Source: Amorphus coralli DSM 19760 | GTDB lineage: Bacteria > Pseudomonadota > Alphaproteobacteria > Rhizobiales > Amorphaceae | Length of the DNA stretch: 32,000 nucleotides | Reading direction: 5' to 3' | NCBI RefSeq assembly: GCF_000374525.1 | Contig: NZ_KB894577.1 | Coordinates: 154,126 to 186,125, forward strand | In this document: positions 16,992 through 24,597 of the stretch, one piece after another | How positions within the stretch are numbered: the stretch's first letter is position 1 | Layout: every line of letters begins with the position of its first letter | Made by a program: the position numbers and the translations under genes | The notes under the pieces: model-generated | Told to the model about the DNA's origin: nothing | The model's input: the letters and a program-made list of their open reading frames with translations, nothing else | Database searches by the model: none

Positions 16992-17726
16992 CCCCTCACG
17001 CGGAATTCGCTCCGCTCACCCGCTCCGGGTGGGCGGGAGTCTTTTCCGCTCACGCCGAACTCGCTTCGCTCGCCGGCTGCGCGAGGGCGCCCTGACCGGG
17101 CGGCGGACGGTCGTCCGCGGGTTGGAGTTGTCCGGGAAGGCCTGACTTGGATGGGACAGCGCCGGCCCCACCCTCCGCTCATTCCGGCGAAGGCCGGAAT
17201 CCATAGGGCCTGTCGTCAGTCTCCCAACGGAATGATGGGTTGCACAAAGCCCACCCCAACCTCCGCTCATTCCGGCGAAGGCCGGAATCCAGGTACGGCG
17301 GGAAACCAGGCCGACGCGGGAAAAGGAGTGGCGCAGCCGCCGGCAACGGGCCTCATCCCACACCGCCGCCCGCAGCGACCTCAGTAACTGGATTCCGGCC
17401 TTCGCCGGAATGAGCGGGGGATGGAAGGGCCCGTCATCCCGCAACCCAGCGGGATCACTCCAGCATCAGCCCACACTCCGCTCATCCCGACGAAAGTCGG
17501 GATCCAGGGCCGCAGTCCGCAGGATCGGAGTTCGACCGCCCTGGACCCCGGCTTTCGCCGAGGTGAGCGGCTAAGGGGGAAAACCCGTCAGCCCGCCACC
17601 TCAGCTGGATCACTCCAGCACCCGCCCCACCCTCCGCTCATCCCCGCGCAGGCGGGGATCCAGGGCCACGGGCCGCAGCGTCGGAGACTGCAGCCCTGGA
17701 CTGCCGCCTGCGCGGGAGTCAGCGGG
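16992..17726. repeat. composite mosaic copy II (16992-17417) plus two further roughly 151-bp units, each ending in an inverted family A doublet (17478-17570, 17634-17725)
   Basis: Module-by-module match to copies I, III and IV. It fills the 813-bp gap between g5 and g6. Confidence 0.9.
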
Positions 17727-17754
17727 ATGGCTCGAGCCCCAGAAACCCCCGCCC

Positions 17755-19011
17755 CTAGTCGGAGAACTGCAGCAGCTTGATCGCGTCGAAGTCCTGGACG
17801 CCGCCGCCCACCCGCTTGGTCGTGTAGAACAGCACGTAGGGCTTGGAGGAGTAGGGATCGCGCAGCACCCGCACCCCCATCCGGTCGACGATCAGGTAGC
17901 CGCGGCGGAAGTCGCCGAAGGCAATGGCCGTCTCGTCGGAGCCGATGTCCGGCATGTCCTCGGCTTCCACGACCGGGAAGTTCATCAGCGACGCAGCCCC
18001 GCCCGGTACCGCCGGCGGCTGCCACAGATAGGTGTCGTCGCCGTCCTTCATCTTGCGCACCGCCGCCTGGGTGCGCCGGTTCATCACGAAGGTCGCGTTC
18101 TGCCGGTAGCCGGCCTTAAGCGCGTAGACGAGGTCGACCAGCACATCGCCGGGGTCCGTCGCCGGAAACGCCCCGTCGGCGCCGGTCGAGACCGTACCGA
18201 TGGTCTCCCAGGCCCAGGCGCTCTCGTCGACGGTGGTGTAGGCGAGAAACCCGGTCGGCTTCTTGTCGCCGTCGCCGGCGACGAAGGCGGCGCTTTCCTG
18301 TTCGGCAAACGCCTGGTCGATCTCGCCGGCCAGCCACTCGCCCACGTCGATCGCCGCGTCGTCGAGCAGCGTCGCCGAGGCCGCCGGCATGGCGTAGAGC
18401 TCCATCGTCGGGAACACGAGCTCCTTCAGCACCGGCGCGTCGGTCTCCGGGCGCGCGTCGCTCTCGCCGACCCAGCCCACCGCCGGGCCGGAGGTGGCGA
18501 ACGGCTTCTTGAAGCTGGTGCCGGACACCTGCCGTACCCCGGAGATCGCGCGGATCGGCGAGATCTCCGAAAGCCGGCGGCCGATCTCCCGGTCCACCTC
18601 CTCCGGCACCAGGTAGCCGGCGTCGTCGGCGGCGGCCGTGAGCGCCTTCATCTCCAGCGCCTTCAGGTCGTGGTCGCGCCCGGCCCGCACATAGGTCTCG
18701 AAAGCCGCCTTGTGCTCGATGGACGCGGCGCTGCGGAAGGCCGGCCCGTCGCCGGAGATCGCCGGCCGCTTCGCCTTCAGCACCAGGTCGTCGACCCGCG
18801 CCCTGTGGGCGTCCAGCGCCCGGTCCACCCGGTCGAGCTTCTCGATGGTCACCACGTCGGCGGCGGAGCGGCGCTCCAGCTCGTCGAGGCGCTGGTCGTT
18901 GGTCTCCTTGAACACCTCGAAGGCGCCCATGAAGTCGGAAAAGGCGGAGCCGAGGTCGCCGTCGCCGCCGGCCGCCTTGGTCTCCGGGGCGCAATCCTGA
19001 AATCCGGTCAT
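17755..19011 (-). CDS. g5: GTA major capsid protein (HK97 fold, RcGTA g5-like)
   Basis: ATG 19011 is preceded by GAGAGGA. 418 aa: an N-terminal delta-like coiled region, then ...YLVPEEVDREI...FKKPFATSGP...GYLIVDRMGVRVLRDPYSSKPYVLFYTTKRVGGGV. Confidence 0.9.
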   Translation of the reverse strand: MTGFQDCAPETKAAGGDGDLGSAFSDFMGAFEVFKETNDQRLDELERRSAADVVTIEKLDRVDRALDAHRARVDDLVLKAKRPAISGDGPAFRSAASIEHKAAFETYVRAGRDHDLKALEMKALTAAADDAGYLVPEEVDREIGRRLSEISPIRAISGVRQVSGTSFKKPFATSGPAVGWVGESDARPETDAPVLKELVFPTMELYAMPAASATLLDDAAIDVGEWLAGEIDQAFAEQESAAFVAGDGDKKPTGFLAYTTVDESAWAWETIGTVSTGADGAFPATDPGDVLVDLVYALKAGYRQNATFVMNRRTQAAVRKMKDGDDTYLWQPPAVPGGAASLMNFPVVEAEDMPDIGSDETAIAFGDFRRGYLIVDRMGVRVLRDPYSSKPYVLFYTTKRVGGGVQDFDAIKLLQFSD

Positions 19012-19042
19012 CCTGTTGTCCTCTCTGCCTGGATGCGGAACG

Positions 19043-19080
19043 AAAAAAGCGGGCGCCGGCCGCCTGGCCCGCCTCCCGCT
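19043..19080 (-). terminator. terminator-like imperfect hairpin plus U6 between g4 and g5 (minus strand)
   Basis: Minus strand: AGCGGGAGGCGGGCC-AGGC-GGCCGGCGCCCGCT followed by TTTTTT. Confidence 0.45.
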
Positions 19081-19118
19081 TGCTGTGTCCTGAAAGTCCG
19101 ATGGTCGAAGGGGCGCCC

Positions 19119-19727
19119 TCAACGCGCCCGCAGCAGCTGCGCCGCCTGCCGGAAGCCGCTTGCCAGCCGGGCCGGATCGCTCCCCGGCCACAGCGTGGCC
19201 GCCTTGGCGGCGCGCACCCGCGCCTCCGGCAGCATCGGGAAGGTCACGATGGAGATCTCCCAGAGATCCAGCTCGATCAGCACGCGATGCCCGCTCTTGC
19301 GGTCGGTACGGGCCCGCACCGTTCGAAAGCCGATGGAGAGCCCGTCGAGCACGCCCTCGCGCATCAGCGCCTTCACCTCGCGCGCCCGCCGCGTCTCGGC
19401 CGAAAGCCGGCCGCGCACGAACAGGCCGCGCGCGTCCTCGGCAATGGTCACGAACCGGCCGATGGGCTCGGCCGGGTCGTGCTGGTAGAGGAGCTTCACC
19501 GCCCCCGCGCCCTTCTTCGCCAGCGAGGCGGTAAACGCCCCCGGCGCCACCACGTCGCCGGACAGGTCCGGCCGGCCGAACAGCGTCGCGTACCCCGCGA
19601 ACGCCCCGTCGGAGGAGACGGTCGGCTGCGCTGCCGGCGAGAACTTCACCTCCAGCGCGGGAGCAGCCCGTCCGCCCCTGGCCCTGCCGTGTCTCCCGTC
19701 CTTCGTGTCGTCAGCTCGACCGCTCAT
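19119..19727 (-). CDS. g4: GTA prohead protease (HK97 family, S78; RcGTA g4-like)
   Basis: 202 aa. FAGYATLFGRPDLSGDVVAPGAF...LLYQHD...PIG...GLSIGF...DLWEISIVTFP. Confidence 0.9.
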   Translation of the reverse strand: MSGRADDTKDGRHGRARGGRAAPALEVKFSPAAQPTVSSDGAFAGYATLFGRPDLSGDVVAPGAFTASLAKKGAGAVKLLYQHDPAEPIGRFVTIAEDARGLFVRGRLSAETRRAREVKALMREGVLDGLSIGFRTVRARTDRKSGHRVLIELDLWEISIVTFPMLPEARVRAAKAATLWPGSDPARLASGFRQAAQLLRAR

Positions 19728-19870
19728 CGCCCCACCTCCACGATCCGCGGCCCGGATCCACGCGCCTCCGATCGCACCCGGATCAGCCGCTCCATCTCCG
19801 CCACGAAGGCCTCAAACACGCGCCGATGGTCGGCGGGACGCCCCCCCGCTGCCCTTCTTTCGATCTGCAT
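19724..19870 (-). CDS. small hypothetical protein (48 aa) translationally coupled to g4
   Basis: ATG 19870 lies 7 nt after AGGAGG. The stop overlaps the g4 ATG (ATGA). Sequence: MQIERRAAGGRPADHRRVFEAFVAEMERLIRVRSEARGSGPRIVEVGR. Confidence 0.5.
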   Translation of the reverse strand: MQIERRAAGGRPADHRRVFEAFVAEMERLIRVRSEARGSGPRIVEVGR

Positions 19871-19892
19871 GATGTCCTCCTGAGGAGCCCAA

Positions 19893-20116
19893 CCTCTGAC
19901 TTGCCGAACACCTCCAACCAGCGCACGACCGTGCGCCGCACACGCAATCGCAGGAAAAGTGCCCTTGCGGTTTTCCGTCCGCGATTGCGACCCAGAGATC
20001 ATCAGGCCACCCTCCCGGAGCCGGTGCGCGCAAGCGCACTCGGCGCGAGGGGCAAAAAAGGTCATTCGCCCCGCAAAGCCGGACGGAAAACCGGTTCCCA
20101 CTTTTCCTGGCTTTGC
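19893..20116. repeat. mosaic repeat block (family C pieces in reverse orientation; family B hairpins at 19944-19988 and 20073-20116)
   Basis: The reverse complement of 19893-19940 matches GGCGGCGCRCGGTCGCGCGCTGGTGGG...; the B units have intact outer and inner stems. Confidence 0.85.
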
Positions 20117-20117
20117 T

Positions 20118-20282
20118 TCAATCCCGCTCCCGGAAGATCGCCGTCAGCCGGGCGATCTCGTTGACGAAGTCGTTGAAGCGCCGGTTCGAGACCGCCAGTT
20201 CCCGCAGCGCCCAGACCAGGAGCGCGCTCGCCGACGAGGCCCAGAGAAACAGTGCCAGGTGCGCCAGGTCGCCGCGCTCCAT
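20118..20282 (-). CDS. g3.5: small membrane protein in the g3.5 position
   Basis: 54 aa, MERGDLAHLALFLWASSASALLVWALRELAVSNRRFNDFVNEIARLTAIFRERD, with one TM helix. It lies 26 nt downstream of the portal stop. Confidence 0.5.
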   Translation of the reverse strand: MERGDLAHLALFLWASSASALLVWALRELAVSNRRFNDFVNEIARLTAIFRERD

Positions 20283-20307
20283 CACCGACTGGGTGACCGG
20301 GTCCACC

Positions 20308-21306
20308 TCATCCCTCCGGCGCGGCCGGATCGCCGCGCGGCGAGTAGCCCACCGCTGCCCGCTTCTCGTCGTCGGAGAGGAACGAGGCCTCTTCCAGCCG
20401 CCGCCACAGCGCCTCGCGCTCCGACGACAGCGCCTCCACGCCGTCGGCATCAAAGGCGAGCCGCAGCCCCTCGCCGAAGGCGGGCCCGAGCCAGCCGCCG
20501 ATCGCCGCCGCCGTGCGCCCGACGAGCGGCAGCACCGTCTGGCGCCAGAACGCCCGGTTCGCTTCCTGGAAGTTGGCGTAGGTGTTGTCGCCGGGGATGC
20601 CGAGCAGCATCGGCGGCACCCCGAAGGCGAGCGCGATCTCCCGCGCCGCCTGGTTCTTCGCCTCGATGAAGTCCATGTCCTTGGGCGTGAGCGCCATCGC
20701 CCGCCAGTCGAGCCCGCCTTCCAGAAGCAGCGGCCGCCCGGCGTTGCGCGCCCCCTGGTAGCCCTCCTCCAGCTCGCCCTTCAGCCGCTCGAACTGATCC
20801 GACGTCAGCGTCCCGTCGCCGCCGGAATAGACCAGCGCGCCGGAGGGCCGCGCTGCGTTGTCGAGCAGCGCCTTGTTCCAGGCACCGGCGGCGTTGTGGA
20901 TGTCGAGGCTCGTCTGCGCCGCCTCGATGGGCGCGAAACCGTAGTGGTCGTTGAGCGGATGGAACAGCGTCAGGTGCAGGATCGGCGACGCCCCCTCCTC
21001 GCCCGCCGGAAACCGCACCGAGCGGCCGTTGACGGTGTACTCGAACGCCTCCGGCCAGCCGCTCGCTCCCGGCAGAACCTTCATCCGGTCGGGCCTCAGC
21101 GCGAACAGCTCGCGCACCCGTCCCTCGACGCTGACGGCCTCCAGGTAGGCGTTGCCGGCCACCAGCAGGTGGCCGTAGAGCGCCTCCATCAGCCCCGTCC
21201 CCGCCTGGCCGGCGTTCGGCTGCGCGATCACCGGCCCGGTGCGCGAGGCCTTCGCCTCGGGCGCGGCTTTCCCGCCCGCCCGCCTGAAGACGCGATCGAT
21301 CAGCAT
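20308..21306 (-). CDS. g3: GTA portal protein (HK97 family; RcGTA g3-like), apparently about 55-60 aa shorter than usual
   Basis: AAGAGGA SD. MLIDRVFRR...EAKASRTGPVIA joins directly to QPNAGQAGTGLMEALYGHLLVAGNAYLEAV...; the rest is a typical portal (NAARPSGALVY, FIEAKNQAAREIALAFGVPPMLLG). Confidence 0.85.
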   Translation of the reverse strand: MLIDRVFRRAGGKAAPEAKASRTGPVIAQPNAGQAGTGLMEALYGHLLVAGNAYLEAVSVEGRVRELFALRPDRMKVLPGASGWPEAFEYTVNGRSVRFPAGEEGASPILHLTLFHPLNDHYGFAPIEAAQTSLDIHNAAGAWNKALLDNAARPSGALVYSGGDGTLTSDQFERLKGELEEGYQGARNAGRPLLLEGGLDWRAMALTPKDMDFIEAKNQAAREIALAFGVPPMLLGIPGDNTYANFQEANRAFWRQTVLPLVGRTAAAIGGWLGPAFGEGLRLAFDADGVEALSSEREALWRRLEEASFLSDDEKRAAVGYSPRGDPAAPEG

Positions 21307-21321
21307 GGTTGGGTCCTCTTG

Positions 21322-21753
21322 TTTCGCTCACGCCGAGCTCGCTTCGCTCGCCGCTGCGCGGGCGCAGCCTGTTGTCTGTCCCCCTCACGCCGAGTTCGCT
21401 GGCGCTCACCGGCTCCGGGTGGGCGCCCTGACCGGGCGGCGGACAGTCGTCCGCTGCTGGAGGCGGTCCGGAGAGACTTGAGTTGGCTCACTCCGAAGTT
21501 GCCGCAACCTCCGCTCACTCCCGCGTAGGCAGGGATCCATAGGGCCTCTCAGCGATCTCCCAACGGGATGATGGCTCACTCCGCACCCACCCCAATCCCC
21601 GCTCATTCCGGCGAAGGCCGGAATCCAGTTGCGGCGGGAAACCAGGACAGCCCGGCAAGTGGATAGACGCAGCCACCGACAACGGGCCTCATCCCACCAC
21701 GCCACCCGCAGCAATCTCGGCATCTGGATTCCCGCCTTCGCCGGAATGAGCGG
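21322..21753. repeat. composite mosaic copy III filling the g2-g3 gap
   Basis: Same C - A(...CATAGGGCC) - spacer(...CCCAACGGRATGATGG...) - A doublet order as copies I and II. Confidence 0.9.
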
Positions 21754-21773
21754 GGTTTGAGGCGCACACCCCC

Positions 21774-23132
21774 TCAGACCCGCCGGATCGCCGGGCGGCT
21801 GACCGGCCCCAGCATCAGCGCGGTGATCGCCCAGACCAGCGCGTCGAGCCGGTCCGGCGAGCGCCCGTTCGCGGTGCCGTCCGGGCCGAAGCCGCAGAGC
21901 TCGTCCTCCAGCTCCGGGAATGCGCCGGCATGGCGCACCCGGCCCTGGGCGTAGAGCGTCGCCACCGGCTCCGCCCGCAGCCACTTGCCGCGGCTCGCCC
22001 GCACGCTCGTCACCGGCACGCCGGCATCCACCTGGCGGATCACCGCCGCCACCATGTCGCCGCCCTGGTTCACCTCGGCGACCAGCGCGTCCGCCTGGAA
22101 CCGCCGGTAGGCCGCCACCGCCTTCGCCGCCCACACCGCCGGTGCCGCCGCCGCCACCGTCTCGTCGGCCAGCACGTAGCCGATCCCGTCCGCCGCGATG
22201 CCCGCCGCCACGATCCCGCACACCGAGGCCCTGCCGCCCGCCGCCGGCGGGTCCACCGCCACCACGATGCGGCTCATCTCCGGCGCGCCGTCGACCCGTG
22301 CCCGCTCCACCGTCGCCCGGCTCCACAGCGCGTCCTCCCGGTCGGTGAGGATCTCACCGTCCAGCTCCTGCCGGCCGAGCCGGGTGCCGCGATAGCGCCC
22401 CACCACCCGCTCCAGGAAGCCGGGCGCCAGATTGGCCGCGTTGTCCTTCGTCGGCATCCGCGCCACTTCCGTGCGCGGCGCCTCCATCAGCCGTGCCAGA
22501 AGCGGGATCGGCCGCGGCGTCGTCGTCACCACCTGGCGCGGCCGCTCGCCGAGCCTGAGCGCGAACTGCAGCATGTCCCACGCCTCCTCCGCCAGCCGCC
22601 ACTTGGCCAGCTCGTCGGCCCAGGCGGCGCCGAACTGCGGCCCGCGCAGGCTTTCCGGATCGTCGGCGGAAAACAGCTCCGCCACCGCGCCGTTCTTCCA
22701 TTCCAGCCGCCGGCGCGAGGGCTGCCACAGCGGCCGCTCGTCGGCGGCATGCACCGACAACAGCCCCGACACGCCCTCCACCATCACGCCGCGCGCGTCG
22801 ATCAGGGTTTCGCCGACAAGCGCGATCCGGCCGACGGGCGCGGAGGCGAACCCGTCGCGGCCCAGCGCCATGCCCTTCACCCATTCCGCGCCCGCCCGCG
22901 TCTTGCCGGCGCCACGCCCGCCCAGGATCAGCCAGACGGTCCAGTCGCCGTCGGGCGGCAGCTGCTCGTCGCGGGCCTGGAACATCCATTCCCGCGCCAG
23001 CCACGCCAGCGTCTCCGGCGGCAGCTCGGCCAGGAACGCGGCGCGCTCATCCGGGTCGAGCCCGTCGAGCGAGCCGATCAAGGCGGTCCGCAAGGTCCTG
23101 TCTGAGGGTGTCGATGTCCGGCCGGTGTCCAT
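21774..23132 (-). CDS. g2: GTA large terminase (RcGTA g2-like)
   Basis: Walker A motif LILGGRGAGKTRAGAEWV and a conserved N-terminus LIGSLDGLDPDERAAFLAEL. The start at 23132 is chosen by homology and overlaps the g1 3' end; alternative TTG at 23093. Confidence 0.9.
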   Translation of the reverse strand: MDTGRTSTPSDRTLRTALIGSLDGLDPDERAAFLAELPPETLAWLAREWMFQARDEQLPPDGDWTVWLILGGRGAGKTRAGAEWVKGMALGRDGFASAPVGRIALVGETLIDARGVMVEGVSGLLSVHAADERPLWQPSRRRLEWKNGAVAELFSADDPESLRGPQFGAAWADELAKWRLAEEAWDMLQFALRLGERPRQVVTTTPRPIPLLARLMEAPRTEVARMPTKDNAANLAPGFLERVVGRYRGTRLGRQELDGEILTDREDALWSRATVERARVDGAPEMSRIVVAVDPPAAGGRASVCGIVAAGIAADGIGYVLADETVAAAAPAVWAAKAVAAYRRFQADALVAEVNQGGDMVAAVIRQVDAGVPVTSVRASRGKWLRAEPVATLYAQGRVRHAGAFPELEDELCGFGPDGTANGRSPDRLDALVWAITALMLGPVSRPAIRRV

Positions 23133-24057
23133 GCGCCGCCTCTCCGCCGTCTGCCTGCGCCTTGCGGTCGAGGGCGAGCAGGATGTCCAGAGTGCGCGCC
23201 AGCGCCGCCAGCACCCTGGTGTCGCGTTCCGCGTCCTCGGCGGCATCGGGATCGAAGCGCGCCTCGATGGCCGATATCCGCGCCTCGAACACCCGGTAGA
23301 GCCGGGCGATCATCGCGGCCCGGTCCGACGGCGAGCGGTGCAGCGCCCGGCCCTGCGGCCGGCGCGGCAGTGCGGGTTTGGATGGAGAGTTCTTGCCGCG
23401 CAGATGCGCTGAATTCTCTCCACTCACGCCGATCTCGCTTCGCTCGCCGGCACCGCGAGGGCGGCCTGGTTCTTCAGGTCGCAAAGCCGGACGGCGAACC
23501 GGTTCCCACTTCGCCTTGCTTTGCTCGGGCGGCGCGCAGTCGCGGGCTGGTGGGTGCTGTCCGGCGGGGCCCAGTTCGGGGCCCTCCGCCGCCTCCCCCA
23601 AACGCCGCTCCTTCCCGCGAAGGCGGGAATCCAGGGCTTCAGGCTTCGGACCGTATTGTTTGCCCCTCCCGCCGAGTTCGCTTGCGCTCACCGGCTCCGG
23701 GTGGGCGCCCTGACCGGGCGGCGCGCAGTCGCGCGCTGGTGGGTGCTGTCCGGCGGGGCCCAGTTCGGGGCCCTCCGCCGCCTCCCCCAAACGCCGCTCC
23801 TTCCCGCGAAGGCGGGAATCCAGGGCTCCAGACTCCGAACCCGGCGGGCCGGCGTCCGTCCCGTCCAGCCCCGTGCGGCCCCTGACCCTTGGCGGCCTGA
23901 GCGTCCGGTCCCAGCCCTCCCGGCGGGCGCGGTCGCGCAGCCCGGATTCGGACATGCCGTAGCGGTCGCCGATCTCCCGCAGCGTTCCCACACCCGCCTC
24001 GAAGGCGGCTCTTGCGGCCGCCCAGTCCGGTCTGAACGACGGAAGGGGCTGGTCCAT
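23047..24057 (-). CDS. g1: GTA g1-like (small-terminase-type) protein carrying a roughly 430-bp in-frame repeat-derived insertion
   Basis: N-terminal HTH-like module MDQPLPSFRPDWAAARAAFEAGVGTLREIGDRYGMSESGLRDRARREGWDR and C-terminal helical module AMIARLYRVFEARISAIEARF...DIDTLRQDLADRLDRLA are in one uninterrupted frame. They are separated by translated repeats. Confidence 0.55.
   Translation of the reverse strand: MDQPLPSFRPDWAAARAAFEAGVGTLREIGDRYGMSESGLRDRARREGWDRTLRPPRVRGRTGLDGTDAGPPGSESGALDSRLRGKERRLGEAAEGPELGPAGQHPPARDCAPPGQGAHPEPVSASELGGRGKQYGPKPEALDSRLRGKERRLGEAAEGPELGPAGQHPPARDCAPPEQSKAKWEPVRRPALRPEEPGRPRGAGERSEIGVSGENSAHLRGKNSPSKPALPRRPQGRALHRSPSDRAAMIARLYRVFEARISAIEARFDPDAAEDAERDTRVLAALARTLDILLALDRKAQADGGEAAHGHRPDIDTLRQDLADRLDRLARRARPG
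23405..23832. repeat. repeat block inside g1: family C pieces, family B hairpin (23481-23524), and a 112-bp segment duplicated with a 189-bp period (23527-23638 and 23716-23827), each ending in a family A unit
   Basis: The two 112-bp copies differ at a single position by eye (CGCGGGCTGG vs CGCGCGCTGG). Confidence 0.9.
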
Positions 24058-24099
24058 GATGCGCGTGTCCCTCTGCCAGAAATGAAACCTGTTCACGTC

Positions 24100-24491
24100 G
24101 CGAGCACGAACGGAAAACCGCGAGAGCACTCTTCCTGCGCTCGCTCGACCGGCGCGTGGTCGCGCACTGGTTGGCGTGATCCGGCAAGATGGTGGTCGGT
24201 TCGGGAGGAGCCCGCCCCATCCTCCGCTCATTCCCGCGAAAGCGGGGATCCATAAGGCCTGTCGGCGAGCCCGATGACATGCAAGATGTCTCCCCGGCCA
24301 AACCAAACGCCGCTCATTCCCGCGAAGGCGGGAAACCAGGGCGGCACGCCGCAGCCGGAAAATTCCACCTCTGACCATCCCGGGAACCGCAGTTACCGGC
24401 GACCAAAGCTCAGGTCGATGCGGGGCGAATGGGAGTTCACGGAACTTCGGAGACCGAAGCCCTGGATGCCCGCCTTCGCGGGAATGTGCGG
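24100..24491. repeat. composite mosaic copy IV (degenerate B hairpin 24100-24144, C remnant, A unit, A doublet 24310-24491) 43 nt upstream of the g1 start
   Basis: Module order matches copies I-III. Confidence 0.85.
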
Positions 24492-24597
24492 ACAAATAGG
24501 GATCGCCGAGGCACACCAGCCGCCCGTCCCGATCCGGGACCACGCCCGGCGCCCTCCTTCCGGAAGCCCCCGGCCGCAGCTGTCCGACGATGCCTGA

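Noticed and set aside
14543-17780. ORFs translating the repeats (peptides such as PLIPAKAGIQ, SAHAELASLAG, KWEPVRRP), e.g. 14543..15403 (+), 16974..17387 (+), 17016..17444 (-), 23639..24301 (-)
   Set aside because: They are read-through of palindromic repeat units in several frames and orientations, with no start or SD context. The exception is where they lie in frame inside g1 and g10.1, which is reported separately.
4450-24057. Interpretation as an intact or defective temperate prophage
   Set aside because: Only head, tail and lysis functions are present, in the exact RcGTA g1-g15 order. No integrase, repressor, replication genes or att-like tRNA flank is visible, so an RcGTA-type gene transfer agent is the better fit.
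12581-24491. Possibility that the repeated hairpin units form CRISPR arrays
   Set aside because: The units occur in both orientations and with irregular spacing, are embedded in larger mosaic modules, and sit between genes of one operon. There is no leader or cas genes. They behave like REP/MITE-type elements.
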